Shown: piece after piece, positions 32,821-46,200 of the stretch
Position numbering within the stretch: position 1 is the stretch's first letter
Layout: each line of letters starts with the position of its first letter
Assembly: GCA_048013815.1 (NCBI GenBank)
Contig: CM106586.1
Coordinates: 620,001-684,000, forward strand
DNA length: 64,000 nt
Direction: 5' to 3'
Source: Setoptus koraiensis
Taxonomy: Eukaryota > Animalia > Arthropoda
Notes under the pieces: generated by a model
Told to the model about the DNA's origin: nothing
The model's database searches: none
The model's input: only the letters and a program-made list of their open reading frames with translations
Position numbers and translations under genes: made by a program

Positions 32821-35286
32821 TTAAGATAAGCCTGCACTTCTTCTGCGAAAGTCTAATGTTAAGGATGAGAACCGATCTGTAAAGGGTCTTCCGCTAGTGG
32901 CTGCCGCTATTTCGTCTCTCAACGAAACTTGATTTCCAGCTGTTTCTGTGTTTAGATCTGATGAATTGGTGTTGTTGATTGAGAGGTTGCTGTATTCCGG
33001 GCTCGGAATGCTTTCGTCTGCATCGAGGTCGGTCAGTGGTCGGCTGTTGTCGGTAGGTGGTTGTTGGCTGTTTACTAGGTTTCGATTGTCAGTGTTGTCG
33101 TTGTTGTTTGGACTCATGGCATGCTGTATGATGGTGGTGCTCTCTTTGTTTGTTCCCGTGTCAGAAGATGTGATCGTTCTAGCAAGGTTCGGGTGGGGCA
33201 TCATTATAACGTCGCATGTTATAACGACCTTCTCGCTATGTGGTAGGAACACTCGGTACGTGTTTCTCCGTTGTGTGTATCTAACTACGTAGCATTCCTG
33301 GGTTTTGGCAGACCATTTAGTCGTTTTGCGGTGTTCGACAAGGCATTGTGCTGGTCGGCCGAACTCAACTAGGTTCCCCAGATATGGCTTACGGCCCGTC
33401 CATACTTCATATGGTGTCTGCCTTGTCTCAAGCCCTGTAGTTGTTCGATTTAAAAGGGGAACTGCCGTTGAGCTTGCCTCGGCCCACAAACCTGGTGGCA
33501 AACCGCTTTTCACAAGCATCGTTTTGGCAGCGTCACGAATGCTGCGGTTCGTCCTCTCGGCCTTGCCGTTCTGTTGCGGCACTCTCGGTGCGCCGGTTAT
33601 GGATACTGCATTATTGATGTTCAGTAAAGCGGCAACCTTATCGTTGACGAACTCTGATCCGTTGTCGGACCAGAGGGCTCTGCAGGTTCTTCCGCTCTCT
33701 ACTTCTATGAGGGCAAAGAAACTCTCTATCTTCGCTGCGACCTGGTCTTTCGAGTTCAAGGGGTAAATCGTCGAGTAGTTGGAAAACTCATCGGTTAAAA
33801 GAAGCAGATATTTGTTTCCACCTACGCTGGCCTCATAGGGACCCATTAGGTCTGCATGGACGATTTCGCCTACTTCGCTGGCTCTTTTCCGAGTCGATGG
33901 AGGGTGCGAAGTATGGCTTGCCTTGCCGGTTGGGCATTCCAAGCACTGACCATCATTTTTCTCGTCAGTTATTTGAATGCCGTCGGCTGATTTGGTTTCG
34001 GCTAGCTCTTCTATCCGTGGCGTGCCGACATGGGCCAGTACTTTATGCCACTCTGACAACGGCCTCTTGATTCTGCAAAAGAGTGCTGTTGTACGTGTAG
34101 GTTCAATGTGCAGCTCAAACAAGTTGCCTCCTTTCGTTCTGGTTTCTTGCGCGAAGAGGACTCCATTGAAGCTGAGGGCACATTTACCCTCGCAAGCCTG
34201 GAATTTCACTCCTTTCGAATCTGCTGTGCCCACGGACAGCAGATTTTCTGTGATGTCTGGGACATATAACACGTCTTCTAGGCAGAACTCGCTTTCTCTC
34301 CCTTGATCTAGTGAGCTTGTGAAGTGGATCTGACCTTCTGCTACTGCCTTGATGGCATTTCCGTCTCCAACAGTTATCGGAATTGGATGCTCAAACATGG
34401 TGATTTTGGTGAAGTAGGCCAGGTTGTGACACATGTGTCTCGAGGCCCCGCTGTCAGCGTACCAACCGGGTTGGATCTTGGGTTTCTTCCTTTGACTTTT
34501 TCGCACTGCGGCATTCGCGTGCCCAATGGCCGACCTTGTGGCAATTGTGACACATAGTTGTCTTTTTCAGCTCGGCGATCAGCTTCTTTCGTTTTTCTTT
34601 GTCTTCTGTGGAGAGCACTTCTGTTTTGTTCAGTGGATTCGCGTGTTGTTTCGGCTTCACGTAAAGTGCCGATACTTCTGGTGTGTGGTCGTCGTGGTCT
34701 TGCATGTCTTCGTCCTTGATGAGACGATCGATGAGATTGGCTAGGGTTTGTTCACTCTGGGTTGTGGCGGCCAGGCTCTACTAAACCCTTTGTATCTGCT
34801 CGATAACCCGCCGATAAGCTTGGCTTTCACGGATCTTTCGCTAAGATCTCCTCCGGCTTTTCTGATGCTGCTAGCTAGTGTTTCGATTCGGCCGATGTAG
34901 CAGCCCATTTTTCGCTTTCGCCCATCTTGATGGACCAAAACTTGTTGATGAGTGATTCTAAGTTACACTCGCTCTGTCTTTGGAAGAGGCTCTCCAGTCT
35001 CTTCCATATTGAGTTTGCCGTCTTGCAATTTGCAAGTTTTTCTATCAATTTCTGGTCTATTGAAGTTGTTAAAAGCTCACGTGCTTGCTGCATTTTCGCT
35101 TTTGAAGCTTCTACATCCTCTGCCTTGACCTCATGGTAGACGACGCTTTCTAAGTCTCTGCTCTCTATGATCGACTCAAGTATAAAGCGCCAGGCGATGT
35201 AGTTTTCGTTGGTTATCTTGATGATCGATGTTGAGCTGCTTGCTGCCATACTTGCCTAATCGGCTAAAGCCTTTTGGCTGTTAACC
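32821..35286 (-). mobile_element. Ty1/copia internal region (gag, protease, integrase), frameshifted; RT/RNase H missing
   Basis: gag start MAASSSTSIIKITNENYIAW; zinc knuckle CHNCHKVGHWAREC; protease WYADSGASRHMC; integrase VHADLMGP, LWSDNGSEF, NGKAERTNR. Integrase follows protease (copia order). Three frame changes in gag. Confidence 0.93.
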
Positions 35287-35467
35287 TGAAGTAAAAACTA
35301 AGGAACAGGCTATATTTTATATGGTGTTTTTATTGTGTGCACAAGTTGTGTAATTTTTTGAATGTGTGTTAGTTGTTAGAAGTGCACAGCCTTTTATAGT
35401 CTGGGCACGCTGAGTTATCGATGCACAGAGTGCGAGTTGTGCACGATTCCGTGCGTCCAGTTCAACA
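35287..35467 (-). mobile_element. Copia 5' LTR (about 181 bp)
   Basis: Minus strand reads TGTTGAA...CTTCA then GGTTAA (copia-type PBS start); contains tataaaag and aataaaa. Confidence 0.7.
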
Positions 35468-35509
35468 CATGTCGATACACTGTTCCTTTTTGCTACGATC
35501 AATAAAGTA

Positions 35510-37204
35510 CAGTAAGAACCCCTCAAATGTCAATTTGGGGCGCAAACCAGGGCGCGAATCTCAAATACAATTTTGTTCGACACAAGGATTTTATTGAATA
35601 CCGATAACACATTTACATTTCAATCAATCAACCATTTGGACTAATTGGATTCAAGCAAAGGTAAGCTCACAACAACAGCCACTGCTCATTCTCAGATACC
35701 CCACTGTTCGACGATATGCTCTGTATATATTGATCATATCTCATAGGATCGACCATCAAGTGACAGGCCGAATCGAACTGTCTCGCTAAATCCTGTTCAT
35801 AACTATCGTTCATCATCACAATAGGCATATCATCAATGCTTCGCTTGAAACCACATTTTATCCAACAATTGACTATGCACTGATGACTTATGTCATTCCA
35901 AGCATCTGTCAGCCATCTCACAGCATTGTCAGAATCAATCACTTTATGGACATTCTTGATACTTTTGCATCGTTCATAGTGTTGCAAAACATATTCGAGC
36001 AGCCTGGATATATAGCGTGCCTTAAAAGCTCTGATTATCCCCTGATCCAACGGTTGTGTCAAGGCAGTTGTTCGAGCAGGCAAGAACTTGAGTTCGATTG
36101 CAGGATATTTGCTCATGTCAATATTGTCATGCTGTTTGGCATTGTCAAGTAACAGTATGGCAGTCTCTTGTTCATCAATCAAATTTTCATGCCACTTTGA
36201 CAAGATCAATTCAAACAATTCTCTCGTGATGAATGACGAATCCGTATAATAGTAATCAACAGGCGATCTTCTATTGTCATAATTAAACTTTTTGAACCAC
36301 CTTGGTTTTGCAGCCTTTCCAATAACTGTTGGTTTCCTTTTCAATCCTGATCTACTTACGAAGAATGCCAATGTTATTGCATCTTTAAGTTTTTTGACAC
36401 CATGTCTTCTCGATCCTCTCTTAGCATAACCTCTTGTTGGAAGCATCCTCCAGAATAGTCGAGTTTCATCGAAATTCCAGATATTGTCATTCAAATTGAA
36501 CTGGAATATTTGCGGTATAGAATGTAATTTAAATTCATTAGCTGCAAATAGATCTGCAGAGATCAATTCGCCACATAGGGTACAACTCGTGATATTATTC
36601 CGGTTTTTGAAATTCCTCCACCATGAAGCAGACATTGACTCGTTCGAACTTCCACTCATCTCAGCGGCGTTTTTCCTTAATATCTTCACATTTATTGGTA
36701 CACCCTGTACCTTATATTCTTCAATGAGATCAACCATTCTTCTATCGAGATCATCACTAATCCTACTCTCTTGTATCTTTGTTAATTTTGCATTAAATCT
36801 ATTGCATAGACTCAGGTATTTGTCTTTCAAAGCAAGAACACGATAAATTTGAGGTGTAGATACACTGAATTTAATAGCCAAATCACTAATTGAATATCTT
36901 TCCACATTTCTTATGATATCTTCTTTCTCATTTAGGGTCAAATTTCGACGGCGATTTCGAGGCATCTTGGAGAGACAAATAGAAATAGACAACAGAAACC
37001 GAGGAAGTCGAGGAGCATAGGTCAACCGCGCTCTGATTTAAAACTGGCGCATCGAATAAAGTGCAAATCATCGTGAAAACAGCAAAAATAACATGTGTTG
37101 CGACATTTGAGGGAAGCGACATTTGAAGGAGTTTTACTGTATATAAAAACTTACTTTAACAGTTGTGACGTTTGAGAAAAGTGACATTTGAAGGAGTTTT
37201 ACTG
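35510..37204 (-). mobile_element. pogo/Tigger-family DNA transposon
   Basis: TA-flanked CAGT termini; imperfect 22-bp TIRs (cagtaagaacccctcaaatgtc vs cagtaaaactccttcaaatgtc, 18/22 identical); a second TA-flanked end at 37139. Confidence 0.85.
35667..36965 (-). CDS. pogo/Tigger (CENP-B-like) DDD transposase, uninterrupted ORF
   Basis: N-terminal HTH (RRNLTLNEKEDII), WNFDETRLFW, LLLDNAKQH, QPLDQGII. Confidence 0.9.
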   Translation of the reverse strand: MPRNRRRNLTLNEKEDIIRNVERYSISDLAIKFSVSTPQIYRVLALKDKYLSLCNRFNAKLTKIQESRISDDLDRRMVDLIEEYKVQGVPINVKILRKNAAEMSGSSNESMSASWWRNFKNRNNITSCTLCGELISADLFAANEFKLHSIPQIFQFNLNDNIWNFDETRLFWRMLPTRGYAKRGSRRHGVKKLKDAITLAFFVSRSGLKRKPTVIGKAAKPRWFKKFNYDNRRSPVDYYYTDSSFITRELFELILSKWHENLIDEQETAILLLDNAKQHDNIDMSKYPAIELKFLPARTTALTQPLDQGIIRAFKARYISRLLEYVLQHYERCKSIKNVHKVIDSDNAVRWLTDAWNDISHQCIVNCWIKCGFKRSIDDMPIVMMNDSYEQDLARQFDSACHLMVDPMRYDQYIQSISSNSGVSENEQWLLL

Positions 37205-37318
37205 TACTTCAACCTGAGATCCGATTGAATCCCACAAAAATGGCATCAAATTGCTACAAAGAAAGCATCACCTTTGTGTAAATTTTTTTCATTCGAAATT
37301 GAGCGAAGAAAAACAGCA

Positions 37319-39401
37319 ATGGATCGAGTAGATCGTTCATTGATAGATCAGCTTCGTGAAATAGGCTGGTAAGTCCTCGAATCATAAAATTATATTAGAT
37401 ATAACTGTTTTGCACCCAAATTACCTCCAACTCACAACGCTATCTGGAATCTTATAAAGCAACATAGGTGACAGTAAAATAAGCATACATGATTTGACCA
37501 AGGATGAAATTATGGAATGCACATCAGAGTGCCTTCGGCGTATCGATCCTAACAGATACGATGAACTAACCAAAGTCAATCGTGGTATTCTCAACATGGC
37601 CTCAAAGTTCAGACTAGCATCAAATCTGGCTAGCTTGTGCAATTCTGTTGGATACAAAATCAAGCTTGAATACCAAACATTTCTTTATGGAGACGTTGTA
37701 GATGTAAGAAATCTTTTTCTGTTTCTTACAGAGAGAGTTTTTAGAGAGGATGTAGTCCAACTGGAATGCCATGAAGGGGTCGTCACTAGTCGAAAATATA
37801 ACACTCATGGTGGTACATCAATGTCAAGGCCTGAAATTACATTGGATTCGATGTTGCCTGATTGTAGTGAGTGCAAACTGGACAAGATCGATCTTTTATT
37901 CGGCGCCTCTGCAAGTTCCATCAAGCACGTGTGGCAACCGAGGTCGATCTATCTGAATCCTTTGAGAGACATATATTCCACAAAGGACCATATTGAGGTA
38001 ATCTCTGGGGAAGCTTCACCATTGATGAAACCACCAGTTGCACCTAGAAGACAGAATGTATTGGTCGACTTCAAAGCAGGCTCAGGGCACATCCTCTCGT
38101 TATGCGAATGGAACCAGCTCAGTTGTCAGAATAATCTATACAAAAATCTGGCTCTTTTTGATCAGTCTGATATTGTGTTTGACAATTTAACCAATGGCCA
38201 CGACTATCTATCATTCCATGGAAAAAAGAAAGAAACTGTGATCAAAGATCTTGCTCTAACAAATGATCCAACTTCAATAATTATAGATGCAACTGTTCAA
38301 GAAATCCCTCATATTCATCAAGATTCAATCGAACGCACTAGAGATGATCCTAAGGTGAAGACCGAACCTCTCATGAAGAACAATAAGTCTCTCTTGGAAC
38401 AAATGAAGACTGAACTCAATCATCTAGATTCAAAGCATGAACAATTGCTCAACGATGAAAAGCTACCACAAAACTTGAAAGAGAAAATCAGGCTGTCCAA
38501 GATGCACCTCAATGATTTGAGATTAGCTTCAAAGACAGTGGCCGAATTGCGACATGATATAACTTCAGCAGAGAACGATCTAACCCAATTTAAATCAAAT
38601 TGGGCAGAAGCAAGATCATTTCTTCAGCAAGAGATGCAAAAGCTAGAATCGGAACTTTCAGAAGTTTCTGGTAGTGAGGCGGTCACAATAAACACCAAAA
38701 TTCAGGATGTTAACCATCGGATGACGAGTAACCAAACTAAAATCAAGAGGAATCTTATCGCTATAGAAAACCTGAATGCTAGAGTTATCTCATTCAAAGA
38801 AAAAGAACGCAATTCTCCTAGATCTTCATATGTGAAAATGTTAAACGAAGTAATGAAACAATTGAAGAAACAGAATGATGATCTTACCAAAATATTACGT
38901 GAAGTCAGGGCTTTACAGAAAGAAATTAACTCATTATGCGGACGTCTACAGAGGAGCTTTACTTTAGTCGATGAAGCTTTGTACGAGGTAAAATTCGTGA
39001 TTCTTGGCCATGATTAATTATTTTCAATAATCTCACACTAACTTTGCAATTGTTTGTCTCCCAGGATGCTATGAACGATGAATGGAACAGAAAATGTTAC
39101 AAACTGTTGGCCATAATGCACGAGGAATGCGATTTTCTCGTTCAAGGTATCGAATGCAGCGGAGAGGTTGTGCGCGACACTCTTAGGCTAGAGGAGATGG
39201 TGAGTTGACCAACTATTAAAAAGAAATCAAATTGTTGCGTCTATAATTTGATGCCTGATTTTGCGTTTCCGTCAAACTTCAATACAGGTAGATATGGAGA
39301 AGTCTAAGAACATCAGTGAGAGTCTATCTCGCGTTGCCCGTGATTTGCAAATTGTCAAGGATGATAACAGAGCTTATGAAGTCAGCAAACGAAAAGCATA
39401 G
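37319..39401 (+). CDS. CCDC22: Coiled-coil domain-containing protein 22 (CCC/Commander complex); 4 exons: 37319-37368, 37460-38987, 39065-39199, 39288-39401 (608 aa)
   Basis: MDRVDRSLIDQLREIG..ECLRRIDP resembles the CCDC22 N-terminus; C-terminal RSSYVKMLNEVMKQLKKQ..LQRSFTLVDE..CYKLLA; GT-AG introns keep the frame. Confidence 0.88.
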
Positions 39402-39557
39402 CGGTCGTATCACAAATGTGAACAGTTGGAAGGACACATCGCTGAGAATAGAAATATTTTATTGTCGGACATATTTAGTCATAAGGTGGTTCTATTGTAA
39501 TCCTAATTTATCGCCAAGATTTACATTCATACGATTATGAATTGTATCCAGAACATA

Positions 39558-42319
39558 CTAACGAGCCGGATTCAGCGAATATTGATTATATAAAATAACC
39601 AATCTCTTTTCAACAGCGTTTTTGTATTTTTCAAGGAGCTGCCTATCCTCATGGTCTACTTGTTGTATTAAGCTGTGAAGGAGCACTTGAGCTGTTTGAT
39701 ATCTTCTGAAACACTGTATTTGAGACAACAAAAGGTGAAAAGTGATTAATTGATTGTTTTTTTTTTCATCGTGTCTCAAATTTAAAGGAGGTAAATAAAG
39801 GAAATATAGAAATATCGAAAAATATACAGGTAATCGGAAATATCAACTTACCTCCTCGGGGTGTCCAAACAATTCCTCCAATGCAGCAGCTTGACACATC
39901 TCTATAGCGTAATTGTAGATGAGTTTATCGGCGGTTATCAGTTCTAAAGTCGACCTACCATAAGTTGTTGAAAGGATTGATTGACAATCTATCGATTTGC
40001 ACATGTTCAAACAGTGATGAAATCTACTCTTCATGGTCTTCAAAACTGAAACATAAGGAAGGAAGTTCATTAAGAGTCAAAAAAAAAATCGATGCATAAT
40101 AGTTAGAGGAAAAATTGAAAGTTGTTCTTACCTTGACGGACTGAAGATGAATTTCTAAGTCTACCGGTCTGGATTTCTGTTCTACTTAATTGAAGAGCCG
40201 AGGAGGTCAGTTGCAATGCACGCACGTACAAGACCAACCTTTCTATTTTTCTTATGGACTCAGATGAAAAGTCTTTCAATGATGCATAGTCAGTCAAATT
40301 GATCAGGTTAGATTTTGAGTCTGCTAGCTCTAAGATACAGTTTACTAAGGCGACAACAAAATTCAATTTCGCTAATATCTCATTATGCTCTCTATCCAAT
40401 AATGTCTCCTCTGGGAGATCTAATTCATAGAAAACTGGAGGGCTACTCTCCAATTGTATAGGTGAAGCATTCAACGGATAGTTATGATTTGTTATTCGAG
40501 TTGATGGTGGCGGAGAAGATCCAAATCTGATGAGAGAGCCACGAGAGGAAGTAGTTGTCGAAGTTATGATCTGAGTTTGCTGCTGTTGCCCGATAGGAGG
40601 TGATTGACCATCCAAGTTGGTGATGTTAGCATAGTATGGGTGATACAGACCACCAGTTGGAGGATTTGTTTGATAGATTTGATGCTGAAAGCTATGATGG
40701 CAGGAAGATTGTGAACAAGCTTGCAAGTGATGATGGTGGTGGAACTTATGAGCTGCCAAAGCCGAGGTCGGTGAAGTTGGATTACGATATTGTCTTATCA
40801 GCGAGGGTGTGGATTGTATATCTGATATATTAGCTGTTGTTGTCACATAAGAGAACCTTCGTTGTAACGGGCCGCCCATTAATGACAGTGGTCCTGATGT
40901 TGGCGGAGTGCCAGTGGCAAATTGCAATGATGGAGGTGTAAGACTAGAGATATCGACGAGTACATCGTTAAGACTTGCAATAGAGCCCCTCTTTTGGCTT
41001 GTTATTGATTGGTTACTGCTTGTTTGAACGATGTTTACATTATTTGACTGCTTGAATGATTTATCAGGTGGCGGAGTCTTCGAAGTTGTACTTATATAAG
41101 ATACCATTACAAAATCTCCGCCTACAGCTGTGTCGGACGAATCGGACGAATTTGAATCTTCAATGCAGTCTATTTTGTCTGAGGAAAGCTTCGTAGCGCG
41201 CTCTTTATTGAGTGCATTTTCTTTATCTGAAGAGCCAATGTTGTGTGCTCCATTGTTCGAGTGGGGATTTATGTATTGATGGTGGCCTAATGACATGGGT
41301 GACCCTAGAGCGAGTCCGGTAAACGATATAGGTGATTGCATGGTTGGAGTAGAAGGCGATGCATTCATAGTTGACGAAGAAGATGATTCTCTACTTCCAA
41401 TGTTGGAGTTTTGTCGGTGCTTATTTAAACGACGGTGACTATTCTCAGAACTCAATCTACTTGGGACGGGCATCGGTCTGGTTTTGGGATTTTTCAAAAA
41501 AGGATGCTCGTAGAATTCGTCGAAGCCAATTCTGTCTTTTGGGTCACGTTGTAAAAGTTTCAATAAAAGATCTGACAAGTCATCTGATGTCTCAGGAGGT
41601 ATCTTTGGTGTCAATTTTGAATTCTTTTCATAAAAGGATCTTAAGGCTTGTGGAGTTTGTGCTTGAAATGGTGCTTTTCCTGTGAGGCACTGATATAGTA
41701 TTGTTCCTATTGACCATAAATCCGCTTTACCATCATAGGGTTTGGACAATAGAATTTCTACTGCCATAAATTGAGGTGAACCACATAAAGTGGCGGCCAT
41801 AACCCCGTCTTGGAGAAATCTTGCAAAACCAAAATCAGCTATCTTCAAAGTAATTTCATTTGGTGTTGGACTTTGCTTGTTTCCATCGTGACACAAGAGT
41901 ATATTCTGAGGCTTTAAATCACGGTGTATTATACCTTTCGAGTTTAAGGCTCTCATGGCCCCACAAATTTGGCGAGTAAATAGCCTGATAGTGTCCTCGC
42001 TCAGAGTGCCTCTAGATATCAGATAATCAGCCAAATCCCCTCCATTACAATATTCCATAACAAGATAGACATTTTGTGAGGTCTCTTTGCAGTCTAGAAG
42101 ACATACAACATTTTCATGATGCAACTTAGTCAATTCCTCCAATATTTTAATCTCTTTCTCTAGTAGTAATTGTGACTTAGCTAAACTTTTTTTTGTAATG
42201 GATTTGACGGCCACTCTCAAACTATGATTTTTAATGTGCCTACCCTGAAATACAACTGCAAATGCACCATGACCGATGAGATCCTTCGGATTGAACTCGT
42301 AGTCTCCGACAGTTTCCAT
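39558..42319 (-). CDS. Atg1: Ser/Thr kinase Atg1/ULK (unc-51); 3 exons: 42319-40132, 40045-39852, 39713-39558 (845 aa)
   Basis: [33 protein letters not shown]; C-terminal [42 protein letters not shown]-like region. Confidence 0.96.
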
Positions 42320-43204
42320 GATACCAATATCTTTTATTAGTTCAGTTTATTTGATACTAAGTCCTATTAAATTAATAATAATATCCTACTGATTTTGATA
42401 TATATCGCTACCTGATATATATTTTTCCGGTTCGTTGCTGATGCAGCAATAAAGAAGCTTCTCTCACATTGGTTGCTGATTTCAAGTAGCCATAATGATC
42501 GGTAGTGAATCACTATTTGTCATAATTGAATACAGCACAAATATCACTAATAGTCTAATGTATATGATATATGCCAGAGATTCAATTAATTGATAGTATC
42601 GCAGAAACATAAATATAAACATGAATAATCCTGGATTTGTTTTATGTGAGTCATTCTTCATATATAATGGGGTACAATTTTTGATTATCTATTGAAGCAT
42701 CATTTTGTTGGTAATTGCATCAAATTGAGGTGATCTGTATTTTATTTCAAGTAATAGTCAAATAGTGATAATCATATATATTGCATGTATACAAATTGTA
42801 TATGAAATTATAATGTTTTTATATATATTTGTTTATATTTGATTTATATACGTATATATAGATGTGGAAAGTGTGCTGTGTTTTATTCAATGCTGCATAC
42901 AATATACTGACTGGCAGTCTATACGAGTCAAGAGTGGATAATCGATGCACAAACAGACACTCTCTTTAAAACGCTACGATTTTAACATTGATCTTTTAGT
43001 TGATGTTTTAACCAACAGAGTGAGTATTCTGTTGATCATTACGTTATTTCGTATACGAGTTTGAAATCAGTACGCCCCCTGTAATAGAATTTCACAATTT
43101 ATTTCTGTTCAGTGAAATGCTATATGGAAGAATCCACGTTCCCTCAACTAGACACTAACACACACACACACGATTTGCAAGATACGATTTCTATACAAGA
43201 ACAG

Positions 43205-43217
43205 CTACAACGACAAC

Positions 43218-43270
<53 letters not shown>
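43205..43270. repeat. (CAA)n microsatellite
   Basis: Direct inspection. Confidence 0.95.
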
Positions 43271-46200
43271 AGAGAGCTTTTCTCTGTAGAAGTGTTGCAA
43301 CTTGCAAGCAGCTATAGCTGCTAGTTGCATTGAACAAACCAATAGAATATTCTTGGTTTGTTCGTTCGAATATTCTCACAAAGAAAATGCTTTGGCACAG
43401 TTTTTATACTTGGTTAGAAATATAAAACTGAGCAAAATTGGTCGTTCACGTGTGAATGTTGGCAAGGTTCATACTCGAGGCTGAATGTTTGGATAGTTGA
43501 GAACGCATATTTGCATGAATAACCAGATAGACAATTCCAGATAGATCGGTCGATGTTTTCATACTTTCGTAGCTCACATCACCATAACATTAATGGACTT
43601 TCAGAAAGAATTGTCGCCCATATAAAAAGTGAACATATTCATGGATATTATAGATATTCATGAATAAAAACCAGATGCATACTAACAAACTTACTTTTAA
43701 AGGTGGAATTAAAAGCAGTTGCAGATTTTTGAGTCGAAATCCTGCCCACTAAATAACAACAACACCAAAGACCGTTGGACGTGTTGAAAAAGCAAGAACT
43801 ATACCAATAGATAATTCTAATATTACTGAAGTCTCTAATTTTGCTACCTACTCCATCACCTGTGTACGCTACAAGTTATTAACTGGCTATGGAGAATTTT
43901 GCTTGTATAGTTGGTTGGTGCGTATCTTAACTCTTGTTCTCCTCTCGTGCTCTCTCAAGTTTATACAACACGTACCTTACAGAGTATGAGAGAGTGTATC
44001 TTAAGTTATAACATTGTAGTTATACAACTAAACTTACTTTGTTATTCTACAGTGCCATGTCAAGGAATATAACATGATCATCAAGCTAAAACAATATATT
44101 TCGTTTTGGCGCGAGAAAACCTCTTAATGTCAACAAACAAATCGAACAACTTATTCTAAAGAGTTTATCCAATAATTCATAATTCAAATAGTTATTGTTG
44201 ATTATTGACTAGGAGTATATATGAATCATAAACAGATCAACGTTTTATCAGTCAGTTTCATCTTCGGTGCCCGCTAGATCATATTAGATGACACAATATA
44301 AAAACGTGTGTCAATTGCAATTATAACATTAAGGAAAAAAACCTTTCTCTAATAATTAGCCATAAACTCTATTATTGTATACACACACAAACACCAATCA
44401 ACAATAATCTAATAAAGTTTTTTTGTTAAATATTGTTTGATTCGATTGATTGGGCTACAATTAGATGGCTGTTGTAAGATAGACACAGCAGGCATTTGTA
44501 ATCAAAATAGTCTATCTCCATGCTGTCGACACATAGTCTGATCATAGCATCAGTGACTTCCTAGTGCCGGATGTTAGATGACTAGGTGTTAGTTGATTCT
44601 GTCATGTGAGCAGTCTGCTTGAGTTTGCCCAGATTATTGAATGCTAAATTGTTGTAAGCCTATGTTTTAGCTTTTTGGACTCATTTCTACATAGACTGTT
44701 AGTTCAGAGAGATATGTTATTTTCCCTATAATTTATAAAATAGAATGAGGGATGCAAGATCAATCAACCATTTCCTTTGCACGTGAATTGCAGACACTTG
44801 ATGGTAACTTTACAATTTTGATCTCCTTACATTTCATCATGATTGTCATCGCAAGAAACAAAGCATAACAGCGAAAAATACGATGATCATAATAGTAAGT
44901 GGATAACTGATGAGTATATTAAATCAAATTGAAGTAGCTCCTGTACAAAGTAGCAAAACAAATAAAACAAACGGACAATAGTTTTATACTTTTTCCTTCC
45001 CATTGGACACATCCAACTGCAATCGTGGTCGGTCACTTTTTGGCATTTCTAATACTAATTTATGGCAAAAAGTGAACTATATTACAGGAAAATGTAAGAC
45101 GGCGTTTGTTTTGATTCAATCAATTCTTATCAGCAACAAATCAATCAGCTTATTTAGCTTCAAAGACAACTAAATAAAGAGGTGTCTAACATTGTGTTAG
45201 ATGCAGCCTTTTGATCTTCCATTTTTGTATCTTTTTGTAGATAAACATTTTTATTCCATGAGTGATCATTTGTATAACGATATTCGATGAAAGAGATAAA
45301 GATTGCGATGCTGTTATCCATTATATCTCTATTCATTTATTGTGATATATTGCTGTAGTTGTATCAGTTGGTTGATAACGCTACAAATACAACACTTGTT
45401 GTGGAATGAAAGAAAACTATGTCCTATCACTAATATAATTCGTAAGATCAACAATAACCAACATGACTCTAATGCGTGATAGACAGATACTTTTATATCT
45501 AGGATCGTGCTCTCTCGCTAACACATGTCACATTTCATGCATTTGATCGAAGTGATTCTGCTGACTGTAATATTTTCTCTCGGTTTCGTCTGTCACACAA
45601 TGCCTAGTTGTATAGAATAACAAACAATTACTATCATTAGATTCATTGAGTAGTAAATATGCGAATTTAAGACACTTGCCTGACTTGCAATTGTCTTTCT
45701 CATATTGCCTAACAGAGTATGTGTTATAACTTCCTTTACAATCTTTCGCACTTCTGTTAATCACTTCCAATACTTTTTCCTCCTTTTTTGATACGATGTT
45801 AATCACAGTTGTTACACCAACCAACTTGGTTGGTTGAACCAAGGTAATGCTTGAGGTGATTTATCATTTGTTAGTCAGCATTTTCTGGACTCTTCTGTTT
45901 TGTCCGCATAATCCACTTGTTGCGGGTAGTGCGAAAGAACATCTTTACTTCAAATCCCAGCTTCAGTCGCCAACTCACCAGACAAGCAATCACCTTATAG
46001 ATGGACTACCAATTAAACTGAGAACAAACTCCGGCGATGGTCTCAACTAAATACCTCGGAAAGACGCACACATCACTCACAACGAGAGACCGCCATCATT
46101 GATACAGTCTGATTACATGACTGTAGTACAGTCACTGTACTAGCAGAAAGGGTGGAATCCTTGCCCCCCCCCACCGTTCTGGGGTCAACCTATACAGATC

